64,000 nucleotides of DNA from the NCBI GenBank assembly GCA_963663275.1, contig OY760183.1:3200001-3264000 (forward strand), given 5' to 3'. Below are positions 38,800-48,925 of this stretch, one piece after another. This DNA is from Chloroflexota bacterium. GTDB lineage: Bacteria; Chloroflexota; UBA11872; VXOZ01. How positions within the stretch are numbered: position 1 is the first letter of the stretch; every line of letters begins with the position of its first letter. The notes under the pieces were generated by a model that was not told the origin of the DNA, did not search any database, and saw only the letters and a list, made by a program, of their open reading frames with translations. Position numbers and translations under genes: made by a program.

Positions 38800-40920
38800 A
38801 TGAACGCCGCCATGGCAACCGTCGCCACACCTACAGCCACTGACGCGCTTCCGGCCACCATGCTCCACGACTACCTGATGCAGCAAGCCCACGCGCTGTT
38901 CGATCACGCGGAGAAGGAACGCGCCGCCATAACTACGCCGGCGCAGTGGGAGCGGCGGCGCGAGCGCCTGATGGCCGCCTTCCAGCAAGCCATAGGGCCT
39001 TTTCCGGCGGAAAAGACCCCGCTGAATACCCGCCTGGTGGGCACGCTGGAACGCGAACGCTACACCATCGAGAAGATCATCTTCGAGAGCCGCCCCCGCT
39101 TCTACGTGACCGCGGTGGCCTACGTGCCCAAACACCACGCGCCGCCGTATCCGGGCATGCTCTTTCCGCTGGGACACAGCCGCAACGGCAAGGCGGCGGA
39201 TGGCTACCAGCGCACGCCGGCGGGCTTTGCCGAAAAAGGCTACCTCGTGCTGGCCTACGATCCGCTGGGCCAGGGCGAGCGCTGGCAGTACTGGGACCCG
39301 GAGACACGGGATTCCCCCTTCACCGCCTCCACCCGCGAGCACAGCAACCTGGGCGCGCAATGCCTGCTGCTGGGCGTCAACCTGGCCCAGTACATGATCT
39401 GGGATAGCATCCGCGCGCTGGACTGCCTGCTGGCGCGGGACGACGTGGACCCGACCCGGGTCGGCTGCACCGGCGTCTCCGGCGGCGGCACGAACACCGC
39501 CTACTACGTGCCGTTCGACGAGCGGATTACGGCGGCTATGCCCACCTGCTACATCGCCGGTTTTCCGGCGCTGCTCGATAGCGTCGGCCCCCAGGACGCC
39601 GAGCAGAATCTCTTCGGACAACTGGCCGTGGGTCTCGACCACGACGATTACCTGGCGCTGGTCGCGCCGCGACCGCTCTGCGTGGGCGCTGCCACCGGCG
39701 ACTACTTTCCGCTGGCAGGCGCGCGCCGCTGCGTGGAAAGCGCCGAGCGGGTCTACGCCGCGGTCGGCGCGCCCGACAACCTGGCGCTGGCCGTGGCGGA
39801 ACAGAATCACGGCTACCACCTGCCCATGCGCCAGGCCGCCTACGCCTGGTTCAACCGGCTGTTCGATAAGGAAGAGGAAGGCAGCGGCGAGACCGAGATT
39901 GAACTGGAGCCGGACGAGACGCTCTTTTGCACGGAAACCGGCAACGTGCACGAACTCGGCGGCGAGACCGTCTTCTCGCTCAACCGCGCGCTGCTGGCCG
40001 GCGTGGATCCGGGACTGCCGGAAGTAGGCTCCCAGCGCGAGGCCGCCAAGTACCAGCAGGTCGCGCGCGAGCGCGTGCGCCGGGTGCTCTCCGCCTTTCC
40101 CTTAGCGGGCGATCTGAAAATCTCGCGCGGGCCGCTTGCCGCCAGCGAGCACGTGCGGCGCGAGCGCATCGTCTTCGAATCCGAACCCGGTATTCTCATC
40201 CCCGGCGTGCTGCGCATGCCGTCCGGCCCACAGCACGACACACTCTTGCTCTGGGTAGACGAGGACGGCAAGGACGCCGAGCGCAGCGCGGTGCTGCTGG
40301 ACGCTCTTGCCACTCGCGGCGCGGCTTCCCTGGCGCTCGATCCCCGGGGCATGGGCGAAACCGGCTTTCCAACGGCGGACAATCCGCAGACAAGCGACAA
40401 CGGCCACGTCAGCCACAAAACGGCCTACATGGGCCTCTTGCAAGCCCGGCCTTTGCTGGGAATGCGCGTGCAGGACGTTATCCGCGGCCTGGACGCGCTC
40501 CTGGCCCTGCCGGAGACAACCGCGAAACGGGTCGTGCTGGGCGGGCGCGGCGGCGGCGCGCTGCTGGCGCTGTTTGCCGGCGCCCTGGACCAGCGGGCCG
40601 CCGGGGTGGTGGCCCACGAGTGCCTGGCTTCCTTCCGCTGGCTGGTGGAAAACGAGTACTACGCCTACGACGCCTCGTGGTTCCTCTTCGACGCGCTGCG
40701 CGAGTTCGACATTTGCGACGCGGCGGCGCTGGTCGCGCCCCGCCCGCTGGTGGCCTGGACGCCCCACGACCACCAACGCCGGCCGGCGGCCGCGGAAGCG
40801 GTGGAGGCGGCCTGCCTGCGCACCACCGCCGCCTACCACGCGCTTGGCGCGTCCGACGCGCTGCGCTACCGCGACGACGCCCTGACCTCCGAGCGGCTGG
40901 CCGGCGCGCTGGAGCTTTAG
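38800..40920 (+). CDS. Two-domain alpha/beta hydrolase (acetyl xylan esterase-like)
   Basis: FES.P..YVTA, GHS.NGK, D..GQGER, GVSGGG nucleophile, DAEQ; second degenerate domain DPRGMGE. Confidence 0.85.
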   Translation: MNAAMATVATPTATDALPATMLHDYLMQQAHALFDHAEKERAAITTPAQWERRRERLMAAFQQAIGPFPAEKTPLNTRLVGTLERERYTIEKIIFESRPRFYVTAVAYVPKHHAPPYPGMLFPLGHSRNGKAADGYQRTPAGFAEKGYLVLAYDPLGQGERWQYWDPETRDSPFTASTREHSNLGAQCLLLGVNLAQYMIWDSIRALDCLLARDDVDPTRVGCTGVSGGGTNTAYYVPFDERITAAMPTCYIAGFPALLDSVGPQDAEQNLFGQLAVGLDHDDYLALVAPRPLCVGAATGDYFPLAGARRCVESAERVYAAVGAPDNLALAVAEQNHGYHLPMRQAAYAWFNRLFDKEEEGSGETEIELEPDETLFCTETGNVHELGGETVFSLNRALLAGVDPGLPEVGSQREAAKYQQVARERVRRVLSAFPLAGDLKISRGPLAASEHVRRERIVFESEPGILIPGVLRMPSGPQHDTLLLWVDEDGKDAERSAVLLDALATRGAASLALDPRGMGETGFPTADNPQTSDNGHVSHKTAYMGLLQARPLLGMRVQDVIRGLDALLALPETTAKRVVLGGRGGGALLALFAGALDQRAAGVVAHECLASFRWLVENEYYAYDASWFLFDALREFDICDAAALVAPRPLVAWTPHDHQRRPAAAEAVEAACLRTTAAYHALGASDALRYRDDALTSERLAGALEL

Positions 40921-40922
40921 CA

Positions 40923-41732
40923 TTGAGCCGGGCGCCCGGCGCGGCCGCGATTGCCGCCGCGCGTGAAGCCGGCGCGCATCTCCGCGCCAACGCGGCCAAA
41001 GCAGCCGTTGTGGAAACCAAAGGCCGGGGCGACTACGTCACCGGCCTCGACCTGGCCGCCAACGACCTCATCCAGGCGCGCCTCCGCGCCGCTTTTCCCA
41101 ATTACCTCTTCCTCTCCGAAGAGGCCGCCAGCGCCCCGCTCTCCGATGAACCGACCTGGATCATCGACCCGATCGACGGCACCCTCAACATCGCCAACCG
41201 CTTTCCGCTCTTCAGCGTCAGCATCGCGCTGGTGGAAGGCAAGCGGCCGGTGGCGGGCGTGGTGTACGATCCCTTGCTCGACGATCTCTTTGCGGCGGAG
41301 GCGGACGGCGGCGCGACCTGGAACGACGAGGCCATTGCCGCTCGCCGAAGCGTCCCCTGGCGGGACGCGCTGCTGGGCTTCGACCTGGGCCACCACGACC
41401 AGGCCGCCCACGACAGCCTGGCGCTCGCCGCGGCGCTGCGTCCCCAGGTAGCGGGACTGCGGCTCACCGGCTCGGCGGCGCTGGCGCTCTGCTACGTGGC
41501 GGCGGGACGCCTCAGCGGATTCTTCCACCACCGGCTCGAACCCTGGGACATGGCCGCCGCGCTGCTGATCGTGCGCGAAGCCGGCGGCCGCGTGACGACC
41601 CTGGACGGTGACCCGGTGACCCGTCCGCAGGCCGGCTCCGTCATCGCGGGGAGCGAATCAGTCGTGCAGAGAATCGCGCTCGCCGAGCGGACGCGCCGCG
41701 CCGCGCAGAAAGAATCTAAAGGCGCTCCATGA
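40923..41732 (+). CDS. Inositol monophosphatase family protein (SuhB-like)
   Basis: DYVT..D, SEE, WIIDPIDGT.N, GSAAL.LC.VAAGR and WDMAA motifs. TTG start inferred. Confidence 0.9.
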   Translation: MSRAPGAAAIAAAREAGAHLRANAAKAAVVETKGRGDYVTGLDLAANDLIQARLRAAFPNYLFLSEEAASAPLSDEPTWIIDPIDGTLNIANRFPLFSVSIALVEGKRPVAGVVYDPLLDDLFAAEADGGATWNDEAIAARRSVPWRDALLGFDLGHHDQAAHDSLALAAALRPQVAGLRLTGSAALALCYVAAGRLSGFFHHRLEPWDMAAALLIVREAGGRVTTLDGDPVTRPQAGSVIAGSESVVQRIALAERTRRAAQKESKGAP

Positions 41733-42601
41733 TGTTCCGGAGTTTCCCGCTCACCGCCGGCGCGGCGGGATGGTGGGAAAGCGACGTGTTCGCGGCCATC
41801 GTCCTGGGCGTCGTGCAAGGCATTACGGAGTTTCTGCCGATCTCCAGTTCCGGCCACCTCGCCGTCTTGCCGTGGGCGTTCAACTGGTCGTCGCCGGTGT
41901 TGAACAGCCTGCCGTTCACGGTGGCGCTGCACGTGGGCACGCTCCTCGCCGTGCTGCTGGTGTTCCGGCGCGACGTGCTGGCGCTGGCCGGCGCATTCCT
42001 CCGCTCCCTGCGCGAGCGCAACATCCAGGCCGAGCCTGAGCGCCGCCTGGCGTGGCTGCTCGTGCTCGCCACGCTGCCGGCGGTCGCCGCCGGACTGCTG
42101 TTGGAGAACGCCGCCGCCACCGTCCTGCGCGCGCCGTGGATCATCGCCTGCGCCCTTGCCGTGGTCGGCGTCGTCATGTGGGTGGTGGACGCCCGGCACA
42201 CCGGCGAGCGCGCCTGCGACGGCCTCGGCTGGCGGGAAGCCTTGCTCATCGGCCTGGCTCAAGCCCTGGCAATCGTCCCCGGCGTCTCCCGCTCCGGCAG
42301 CACCATCACCATGGGCATGGCGCTCGGTCTCAGCCGGGTGCAGGCGGCGCGGTTTTCCTTCCTGCTCATGGCGCCGGTGATCTTTGGCGCCGGTATCTGG
42401 GAAGCCCGTCACCTGGATAGCGCGGCCTTGGGCGGCAACGGCGGCACGCTCTTCATCGCGGGCTTCCTCAGCGCGCTGGGGGTGGGCTACCTCTGCATCC
42501 GCGTCTTCCTGCGCTACCTGCGGCAAGGCCGCCTCTGGCCGCTGGCGCTCTACCGCATCGCGCTGGCGGCGCTCATCGTCGTCATGCTCGCCACGCGCTA
42601 G
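41729..42601 (+). CDS. uppP: Undecaprenyl-diphosphatase
   Basis: QGITEFLPISSSGHL, HVGT, PGVSRSGSTI and AARFSFL motifs. Confidence 0.95.
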   Translation: MMFRSFPLTAGAAGWWESDVFAAIVLGVVQGITEFLPISSSGHLAVLPWAFNWSSPVLNSLPFTVALHVGTLLAVLLVFRRDVLALAGAFLRSLRERNIQAEPERRLAWLLVLATLPAVAAGLLLENAAATVLRAPWIIACALAVVGVVMWVVDARHTGERACDGLGWREALLIGLAQALAIVPGVSRSGSTITMGMALGLSRVQAARFSFLLMAPVIFGAGIWEARHLDSAALGGNGGTLFIAGFLSALGVGYLCIRVFLRYLRQGRLWPLALYRIALAALIVVMLATR

Positions 42602-42717
42602 CGTTTACGCGCCAACGGTGTTTCGCTATACTGGGCTTCTATCCCCTCTTGCCGGCAACGAGAGTCTCACAGGAGAACCATGCGAAATCTCGCTGTGAGG
42701 CGAGCAGTCCCCTCTCC

Positions 42718-43074
42718 CTGAGGGAGAGGGTTAGGGTGAGGGGGATATTGCGGCGAATCATACGAAGGCCCTGCGAAGTGGGATGGAACCGGCGAAGACT
42801 CACCCTCACCCCGGCCCTCTCCCTTTGGAGACCCTTGCATAACCCCTTCCCCATCGAGGGGGAAGGTTGGGATGGGGGGCGAAATGGCTTGACTTCATGC
42901 AAGCTTTAGTTGTAAAAGCACTCTGGATTCCGGTTTTCACCGGAATGACGGAGTTATGCAAAGGGCTCCTGAGGGAGATGGTTAGGGTGAGGGGGATATT
43001 GCGGCGAATCATACGAAGGCCCTGCGAAGTGGGATGGAACCGGCGAAGACTCACCCTCACCCCGGCCCTCTCCC
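42718..43074. repeat. 106-bp direct repeat (inverted REP pair + spacer) duplicated around a MITE
   Basis: 42718-42823 and 42969-43074 differ at one base. Confidence 0.9.
42828..42968. mobile_element. 141-bp MITE (family M2) with IS5/IS1106-like terminal inverted repeats
   Basis: GAGACCCTTGCATAAC ... GTTATGCAAAGGGCTC (14/16 inverted match); resembles the IS1106 end GAGACCTTTGCAAAA; contains two other REP types. Confidence 0.7.
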
Positions 43075-43173
43075 AAAGGGAGAGGGGGACTACTCGTCTG
43101 CCGGGTCTCGTTTTGCAAATATCTCCATTAGTGCGGAAGCGCTCCCCCTGGGATTTGAAAGCGGAGTAGTGTC

Positions 43174-44202
43174 ATGCGCATCGGCATCTTGAACGTTACC
43201 GGCTATGCCGGACTGGAACTCATCCGGCTGCTGGCCTGGCATCCGGAGTTGGAAATCGCGGCCGCCACCGGCCGCAGCCAGGCCGGTAAGCGTCTGGATG
43301 AGGTGTTTCCGTTCACCGGACTCTTTCCCCGGGAGGGTCTGGGGGCAATGGAAATCACGGCGGAGATCACCACCGGCGTGGACCTGGTCTTCTCCGGCCT
43401 GCCGCACAAAGCTTCGGCGGAGGCGCTGCTGCCGTTCATCCAGGACGGCGTGCCCGTGGTGGACATTGCCGCGGACTTTCGCCTGCATGACCCGGAGACC
43501 TACCGGGAGTGGTACCAGGAGCACCCGTGCCCGGAATACCTGGCTGGCGCCGTCTACGGCCTTACCGAACTCCACCGGGAAGAAGTGCGGCAGGCGAAGA
43601 TCGTGGCGAATCCGGGCTGCTACCCCACCGGCGCGATATTGGGAATGGCCCCGGCCCTGGAGGAAGGGCTGGTCGCGCCGGCCGTCATCGTGGACGCCAA
43701 GTCCGGCGTTTCCGGCGGCGGACGCAGCCTGACGCTCACCAACCACTTCTCGGAAGTCAACGAAAGCGTGGAAGCCTACGCGCTGCAGGGCCACCGCCAC
43801 CAGCCGGAAATCGTGCAGGAACTGAGCGCGGTTGCCAATCAGGACGTGGAGGTCACCTTCATTCCGCACCTCATCCCCATGACGCGCGGCATCCTGGCCA
43901 CCTGCTACGCCGGACTCACCCGCCCGATCACCCAACGGGAAGTGGACGACCTCTACCACGCCCGCTACGCCGATGAGCCGTTCGTGGAGGCGCTCACGGT
44001 CTCGCCCAAGACCAAGTGGACGTACGGCAGCAACCACTGCCTGGCGCATCCGGTGGTGCACGAGCGCACGGGACACCTCATCGTCACCACCGCCATCGAC
44101 AACCTGGTCAAGGGCGCGGCCGGCCAGGCGCTGCAGAACGCCAACGCCATGCTCGGCCTGCCGGAGACCATGGGCTTGGAAGCCAAACCGCTCTATCCGT
44201 AA
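43174..44202 (+). CDS. argC: N-acetyl-gamma-glutamyl-phosphate reductase
   Basis: TGYAGLEL, LPH, ADFRL, ANPGCYPT, KSGVSGGG, HRHQPEI and IDNLVKGAAGQA motifs. Confidence 0.97.
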   Translation: MRIGILNVTGYAGLELIRLLAWHPELEIAAATGRSQAGKRLDEVFPFTGLFPREGLGAMEITAEITTGVDLVFSGLPHKASAEALLPFIQDGVPVVDIAADFRLHDPETYREWYQEHPCPEYLAGAVYGLTELHREEVRQAKIVANPGCYPTGAILGMAPALEEGLVAPAVIVDAKSGVSGGGRSLTLTNHFSEVNESVEAYALQGHRHQPEIVQELSAVANQDVEVTFIPHLIPMTRGILATCYAGLTRPITQREVDDLYHARYADEPFVEALTVSPKTKWTYGSNHCLAHPVVHERTGHLIVTTAIDNLVKGAAGQALQNANAMLGLPETMGLEAKPLYP

Positions 44203-44234
44203 CGGGCGCTGAAGGCTGCCTGAACGCAAAAGGT

Positions 44235-44262
44235 GTAGGGGCACGACATGTCGTGCCCCTAC
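44235..44262. repeat. GTAG REP palindrome between convergent genes
   Basis: GTAGGGGCACGACATGTCGTGCCCCTAC; identical to 37570. Confidence 0.85.
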
Positions 44263-44289
44263 ACCATTCGCGTCCACGTCGGCAGCGGT

Positions 44290-46785
44290 TTACAGTCCCC
44301 GCACGGCCTGTTCCAGCCGTTCCGTCGCTTCCAGGTAGTCGGCGCCGGGCGTAAAGACCAGCGGCTTGCCGAACTGCACCGTTACCGAGCCGCGCCAGGG
44401 GAACGACGCGCCCTCGAACACCCCCGGCTTTACCTGCCTCACCCTAATCGGCACCACCGGCGTGCGCGACTCCATCGCCACGAAGCCGGTGCCGGGCTTG
44501 AACTCCTTGATGTCGCCCTCGGTGCGGTCGCCTTCCGGGAAGATCAGCACCGACCACTCCCGGTCGAGCATATTCCCCAGGTTTTCCAGGCTGCGCCGCA
44601 CCGGGCCGTAGCGCGCGAACGGAAAGGTATTGCCCAGGAGCGGGCTGAAGATCCGCCACCACACCGACGAGAAGTAGTTGTCCGCCGCCGCCGCGATCCC
44701 CAGCCGCCAGCGCGTCGCAGGCGGCAGGCTCAGCAGAATCATGCCGGCGTCCAACCGCAGATTGTGATTGGAGGCGTAGAGCACCGGCCCCGACAGCCCA
44801 TCCAGATTCTCTTTTCCCGTCACCTGCACTTTGTAGAGCAGCCCAATGCCGGGCTTGACGATCAGGTAGTACAAAACCGAGCGCGCCACGCGGCACCACA
44901 CCGTCTTGCTCCAGCCCGGAAACCGCTCGTCCTCGCTGGCGCTGCCTTGCGCCAGCAGCGTCTCCAGGTCTCCCACCGTCGTCTCCGGATTCACCTGGGT
45001 TTCGTCGATGTAGACGCCGAGTTCCTGCTCGATCGCCGAAAGCAACTCGACCCTGCCCAGGGAATCCAGGCCGATGTCCGCGCCCAAACCGCTGCCGGCG
45101 CTCACGTCGGCCGGCGACACCTCGCAGATGCGCACGATCAACTGCTCCAGCGGCGTCAGCGCCTCTTTCGGGCCTTCAGCCGGAGCGGCTACGGGTTCCG
45201 CCGCTCCCTGCGCGTCCGCCATGAGGCGTTCCAGCACGATGTTCTTCTTCACCTTGAGCGTGTGGGTGCGGGGGAAGTCCTCGTCGGGCCAGATGCTGAA
45301 CCCTCTGATTTGCTGGTGCGCGGCCAACTGCGGGTTCACCTCCGCCACCACCGCGCCGCCGTCGGCGCCATCGCCATTCGCGCTCCCCTCGGCCGGAATC
45401 AGCGCGGCGTACACGTCCTCGCCGCCGCTGGGGCTCGGCATTCCCACCACCACCGCGTCCTCGATGGCCGGGTGATTTTGCAGAAATGGCTCGATGTCCT
45501 CCGGGTAGACGTTCTGGCCGTTGGCCAGCACGATCAGGTCTTTCTTCCGTCCCTTGAAGTAGAGGAAGCCGTCCTCGTCGATGTGGCCCAGGTCGCCGGT
45601 CTTGTACCACTCGCCGTCGAAGGACGCCTCGGTGATCTCCGGCGCGTTCCAGTAGCCCGGCGTCACGTTGGGGCCGCGCGTGTGGATTTCGCCGTCATCC
45701 GCGATGCGCACCTCCTGGCCCGGCAGCACCTTGCCCAGCGCGTCCAGCTTCTTGTAGTCGAAGCTGTTGCAGGCCACAATCGGCGCGGCCTCGGTGGTGC
45801 CGTAGCCCTGGAGCACGATCACGCCCAGGGCCTCCCACTTTTCGGCCAGGGGCGGGTCCAGCCGCGCGCCGCCGCACATGACGAACTGCAACTTGCCGCC
45901 AAAGCGCCGGTGCACCTTGCCAAAGAGTTTCTTGCGCAGCCACACCGGCAGGCGCGGCGCGATGCCGAGGATCTTCTGCAGTTGCTCCTTCTTGCCGGTG
46001 CGTTCCGCCTCCCGCTCGATGGCGTTCATGAAGAGTTCCAGCGCCTGGGGCACCAGCACGATGCTGGTGATGCCGTTCTCCTGCATGGTGCGCACCAGGA
46101 TGCTGGGCTGGCGGCTGACGGGATAGACCACCTGGCCGCCGCCATAGAAGACCGCGTAGAGGCCCACCGTCTGCTCCAGCATGTGGCTCAACGGCAGCAG
46201 GGAGAGCAAGCGCCAGTGCGGCTGGGGCGTCACTTCCTGGCAGGCGGCAACCACGTTGGAGACGATGTTGCCGTGTGTCAGAATCACGCCTTTCGGCGCG
46301 CCGGTAGTGCCGGAGGTGAACATGATCTCCGCGACGTCGTCCGCCGCCACGTCAACCGCCGGCGGCGCGGGCCCGTCGTCCGCCAGCAACTCCTCCAGGT
46401 CTTCGATGTTCATACGCGGCACGGCCTCGATTGCGTCGTTTTCCGGTGTGAACTGGGAGACGAATGCAAACTTCGGCTGCGTCTGCCCCAGCACGCCGGC
46501 CACGAACTCCGGCGCGCTGCGGATGTCGAACGGCACCGCGATCGCGCCCAGGCGCAAACAGCCGAAGAGCGCCACCACCCACTCCGGCCGGTTCGGCGCC
46601 CAGATGACGACCCGGTCGCCCTTCTCGATGCCCTGGTCTCGCAGGTAGGCCGCTACCCGGCCGGCGGCTTCCCAAAGCTCGCGGTAGCGCCAGCAGCGCA
46701 CGCGGATACCCGGCTTGATGCTGAGCGCGGTCGCGTCGCCGAAGCGATTGGCCGCGGTCTCCAAGAGGTCGTTAAGAGTCTGCAT
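44290..46785 (-). CDS. Long-chain acyl-CoA ligase + acyl carrier (PP-binding) + PlsC acyltransferase fusion
   Basis: FTSGTTGAPKG, QGYGTTE, TGDLG, GRKK; carrier GLDSLGRVEL; NHNLRLD and IFPEG.R. Confidence 0.92.
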   Translation of the reverse strand: MQTLNDLLETAANRFGDATALSIKPGIRVRCWRYRELWEAAGRVAAYLRDQGIEKGDRVVIWAPNRPEWVVALFGCLRLGAIAVPFDIRSAPEFVAGVLGQTQPKFAFVSQFTPENDAIEAVPRMNIEDLEELLADDGPAPPAVDVAADDVAEIMFTSGTTGAPKGVILTHGNIVSNVVAACQEVTPQPHWRLLSLLPLSHMLEQTVGLYAVFYGGGQVVYPVSRQPSILVRTMQENGITSIVLVPQALELFMNAIEREAERTGKKEQLQKILGIAPRLPVWLRKKLFGKVHRRFGGKLQFVMCGGARLDPPLAEKWEALGVIVLQGYGTTEAAPIVACNSFDYKKLDALGKVLPGQEVRIADDGEIHTRGPNVTPGYWNAPEITEASFDGEWYKTGDLGHIDEDGFLYFKGRKKDLIVLANGQNVYPEDIEPFLQNHPAIEDAVVVGMPSPSGGEDVYAALIPAEGSANGDGADGGAVVAEVNPQLAAHQQIRGFSIWPDEDFPRTHTLKVKKNIVLERLMADAQGAAEPVAAPAEGPKEALTPLEQLIVRICEVSPADVSAGSGLGADIGLDSLGRVELLSAIEQELGVYIDETQVNPETTVGDLETLLAQGSASEDERFPGWSKTVWCRVARSVLYYLIVKPGIGLLYKVQVTGKENLDGLSGPVLYASNHNLRLDAGMILLSLPPATRWRLGIAAAADNYFSSVWWRIFSPLLGNTFPFARYGPVRRSLENLGNMLDREWSVLIFPEGDRTEGDIKEFKPGTGFVAMESRTPVVPIRVRQVKPGVFEGASFPWRGSVTVQFGKPLVFTPGADYLEATERLEQAVRGL

Positions 46786-46917
46786 GCGGCTCTCCTTGCG
46801 TCTTTGTCGAAAGAATATCAAGCGCAACGCGCGGCGCGGTATACGGCGTATTATACGCGCCGCCCCGTCGTATGAAAACCAACGGCGCTGTGGTACGGTG
46901 AAGAAGCGAGCAAACTG

Positions 46918-47228
46918 CGCGCGGGCAGACCCCGCAGCGCGGGGGCTTGTCCCCCGCCTAGCGCAATCGCCCACGGGGCGCACGGGCGTACCCCGTAGCG
47001 CGGGGGCTTGTCCCCCGCCTCGTGCAAACGCCTACGGGGCGCGCGGGCGTACCCCGTAGCGCGGGGGCTTGTCCCCCGCCTCTCGCAATCGCCCGCGGGC
47101 GCACGGGCAGACCCCGTAGCGCGGGGGCTTGTCCCCCGCCTCTCGCAGCCGCCAAGGGGGGCGCACGGGCAGACCCCGTAGCGCGGGGGCTTGTCCCCCG
47201 CCTCTCGCAGCCGCCCGCAGCGCGCGGG
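46918..47228. repeat. ~60-62-bp tandem repeat x5, each with GTAGCGCGGGGGCTTGTCCCCCGCC
   Basis: REP copies near 46934, 46995, 47056, 47116 and 47178; linkers are mutually similar. Confidence 0.9.
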
Positions 47229-47261
47229 CCTGCCGCCAAGCCTGAGGAGCGCAATCACGCG

Positions 47262-47978
47262 GTGCCGGACATTCCATTCTTAGAGCCAATCGCCATCGCT
47301 CCCGGCGTGCATCAAGTGCGCGCCTGGGGAGCGCGCGTCACCGTGCTGCAAGCGCCTGACGGGGTAGTGCTGGTAGACGCCGGCAGCCGGGGCGGCCTGC
47401 CGGTCATCAACGCGGGCCTGGCGGCGCTGGGCGTCGCGCCGGAGCAGGTGCGGCTGATCGCGCTGACCCACTGCCATCCCGACCACGCCGGCGGCCTGGC
47501 GGAGGTGGTGGAGGCCACCGCCGCGCCGGTTGCCATTCACCATTCGGAAGCCGGCATCGTGCGCGGCGACGAGCCGCCGCGCAGTCCCCTCCGCCGTGAG
47601 GCGCTGCCGCAGGTCCAACCCGTCTTCTCCGTGTTCAGCGGCCCGCCGGTAGACGTGCGCTACCCGCTGGAGGACGGCGACTACTTGCCCTCCGCCGAAG
47701 GCGTGCGCGTCATCCATACCCCCGGCCACACGCAGGGCAGCATCTGCCTGCACGTGGAACCGGCCAGCACGCTCATCGTCGGCGACGCGCTCCAGTTCCG
47801 CTTCGGCAAACTGCTCGGGCCTTCATGGCTCTTTACCCGCGATCCCGAACTGGCGCGCGCTTCCCTCGCCAAACTGCTGGACGTGAACTTCAGCACCCTC
47901 TGCTTCAGTCACTTCCCGCCAATCAAGGAAAACGCGCGGGAAATGCTGACGGCGTTCCTCCAGGACGGCGCGGGCTGA
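47262..47978 (+). CDS. MBL-fold metallo-hydrolase
   Basis: LVDAG, THCHPDHAGG, HTPGHT.G, GDAL and FSH motifs. Confidence 0.92.
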   Translation: MPDIPFLEPIAIAPGVHQVRAWGARVTVLQAPDGVVLVDAGSRGGLPVINAGLAALGVAPEQVRLIALTHCHPDHAGGLAEVVEATAAPVAIHHSEAGIVRGDEPPRSPLRREALPQVQPVFSVFSGPPVDVRYPLEDGDYLPSAEGVRVIHTPGHTQGSICLHVEPASTLIVGDALQFRFGKLLGPSWLFTRDPELARASLAKLLDVNFSTLCFSHFPPIKENAREMLTAFLQDGAG

Positions 47979-48029
47979 CGCGGCCCGCAAAGGGAGAATA
48001 GCCGGTGAGAAATCCGACGGCGTCTCCGG

Positions 48030-48925
48030 CGGGGTAGGCAAACTTGAATCGGCTTGACGTGTCATTCCGAACGGAGCGCAGCGGAGAGAGGAATCTAGAG
48101 TGGTGAGCCTGCCAAACTCCGCGCAGCGTGGATTCTAGATTCCTCGCTCCACTCGGAATGACATTTACATACCCCTGTCAATGCCCCGGCGGGGGACAAG
48201 CCCCCGCGCTACGTATTCTGGAAATCACCGGCTTACGTCGCGTCGACTCTCCTCGTGTCAGAATCGCCCCAGATTGTGCCTCACGTCTCCGGTAGCGCAG
48301 GTTTGTAACCTGCGTCTTCTCTGCGGTCGATTCCTAATGCGTGGCCGTCTCTCCATCTGTGGCGGGCTGACGTGGTAGGCATTCTCAAATCGGCTTGACG
48401 TGTCATTCCGAACGGAGCGCAGCGGAGAGAGGAATCTAGAGTGGTGAGCCTCCCAAACTCCGCGCAGCGTGGATTCTAGATTCCTCGCTCCGCTCGGAAT
48501 GACATTTACATGCCCCTGTCACCGCCCCGGCGGGGGACAAGCCCCCGCGCTACGTATTCTGGAAATCACGGTTGTCTCCGCGAGCGCAACAGCTTGGAGC
48601 GATTCCCTCCCCGGCAGCAAGCGATCCCCCCCGGTAGCGTAGGTTTGCAACCTGGGATCCGGTAGCGCAGGTTTGTAACCTGCGTCTTCCCTGCGGTCTA
48701 TCCCTAATGCGTGGCCGTCTCTCCCTCTGCGGCGGGCTAACGGGGTAGGCATTCTTGAATTGGTTTGACGTGTCATTCCGAACGGAGCGCAGCGGAGAGA
48801 GGAATCTAGATTGGTGAGCCTGCCAAACTCCGCGCAGCGTGGATTCTAGATTCCTCGCTCCGCTCGGAATGACAATTGCGCACCCCTGTCAGCGCCCCGG
48901 CGGGGGACAAGCCCCCGCGCTACGT
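48030..48925. repeat. ~340-370-bp composite unit repeated ~2.5x (M1 MITE + two GTAG REP families)
   Basis: GGTAGGCA anchors at 48033, 48374 and 48744. Each is followed by a near-identical GTCATTCCGAACGG...CGGAATGAC...CCCCTGTCA block and a reverse GTAG REP. Confidence 0.9.

Noticed and set aside
39927-40922. 601-aa fused ORF upstream of the inositol monophosphatase
   Set aside because: The upstream part overlaps the hydrolase gene in another frame and is low-complexity; the IMPase starts near 40923.
42639-43169. Small ORFs in repeat clusters (also 46851-47258, 48181-48776, 37049-37759)
   Set aside because: Translations of REP/MITE palindromes (ARGLVPR, ERVRVRG), with no independent coding evidence.
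44248-46875. Long antisense ORFs (875 aa here; similar at 32754-34436, 12273-13754, 1051-2652)
   Set aside because: Shadow ORFs opposite well-supported genes, expected in high-GC DNA; no protein motifs.
46918-47228. Possible CRISPR array (37-bp palindromic repeat, ~23-nt spacers, x5)
   Set aside because: The spacers are clearly homologous to each other, the repeat is the dispersed GTAG REP, and there are no cas genes or AT-rich leader.
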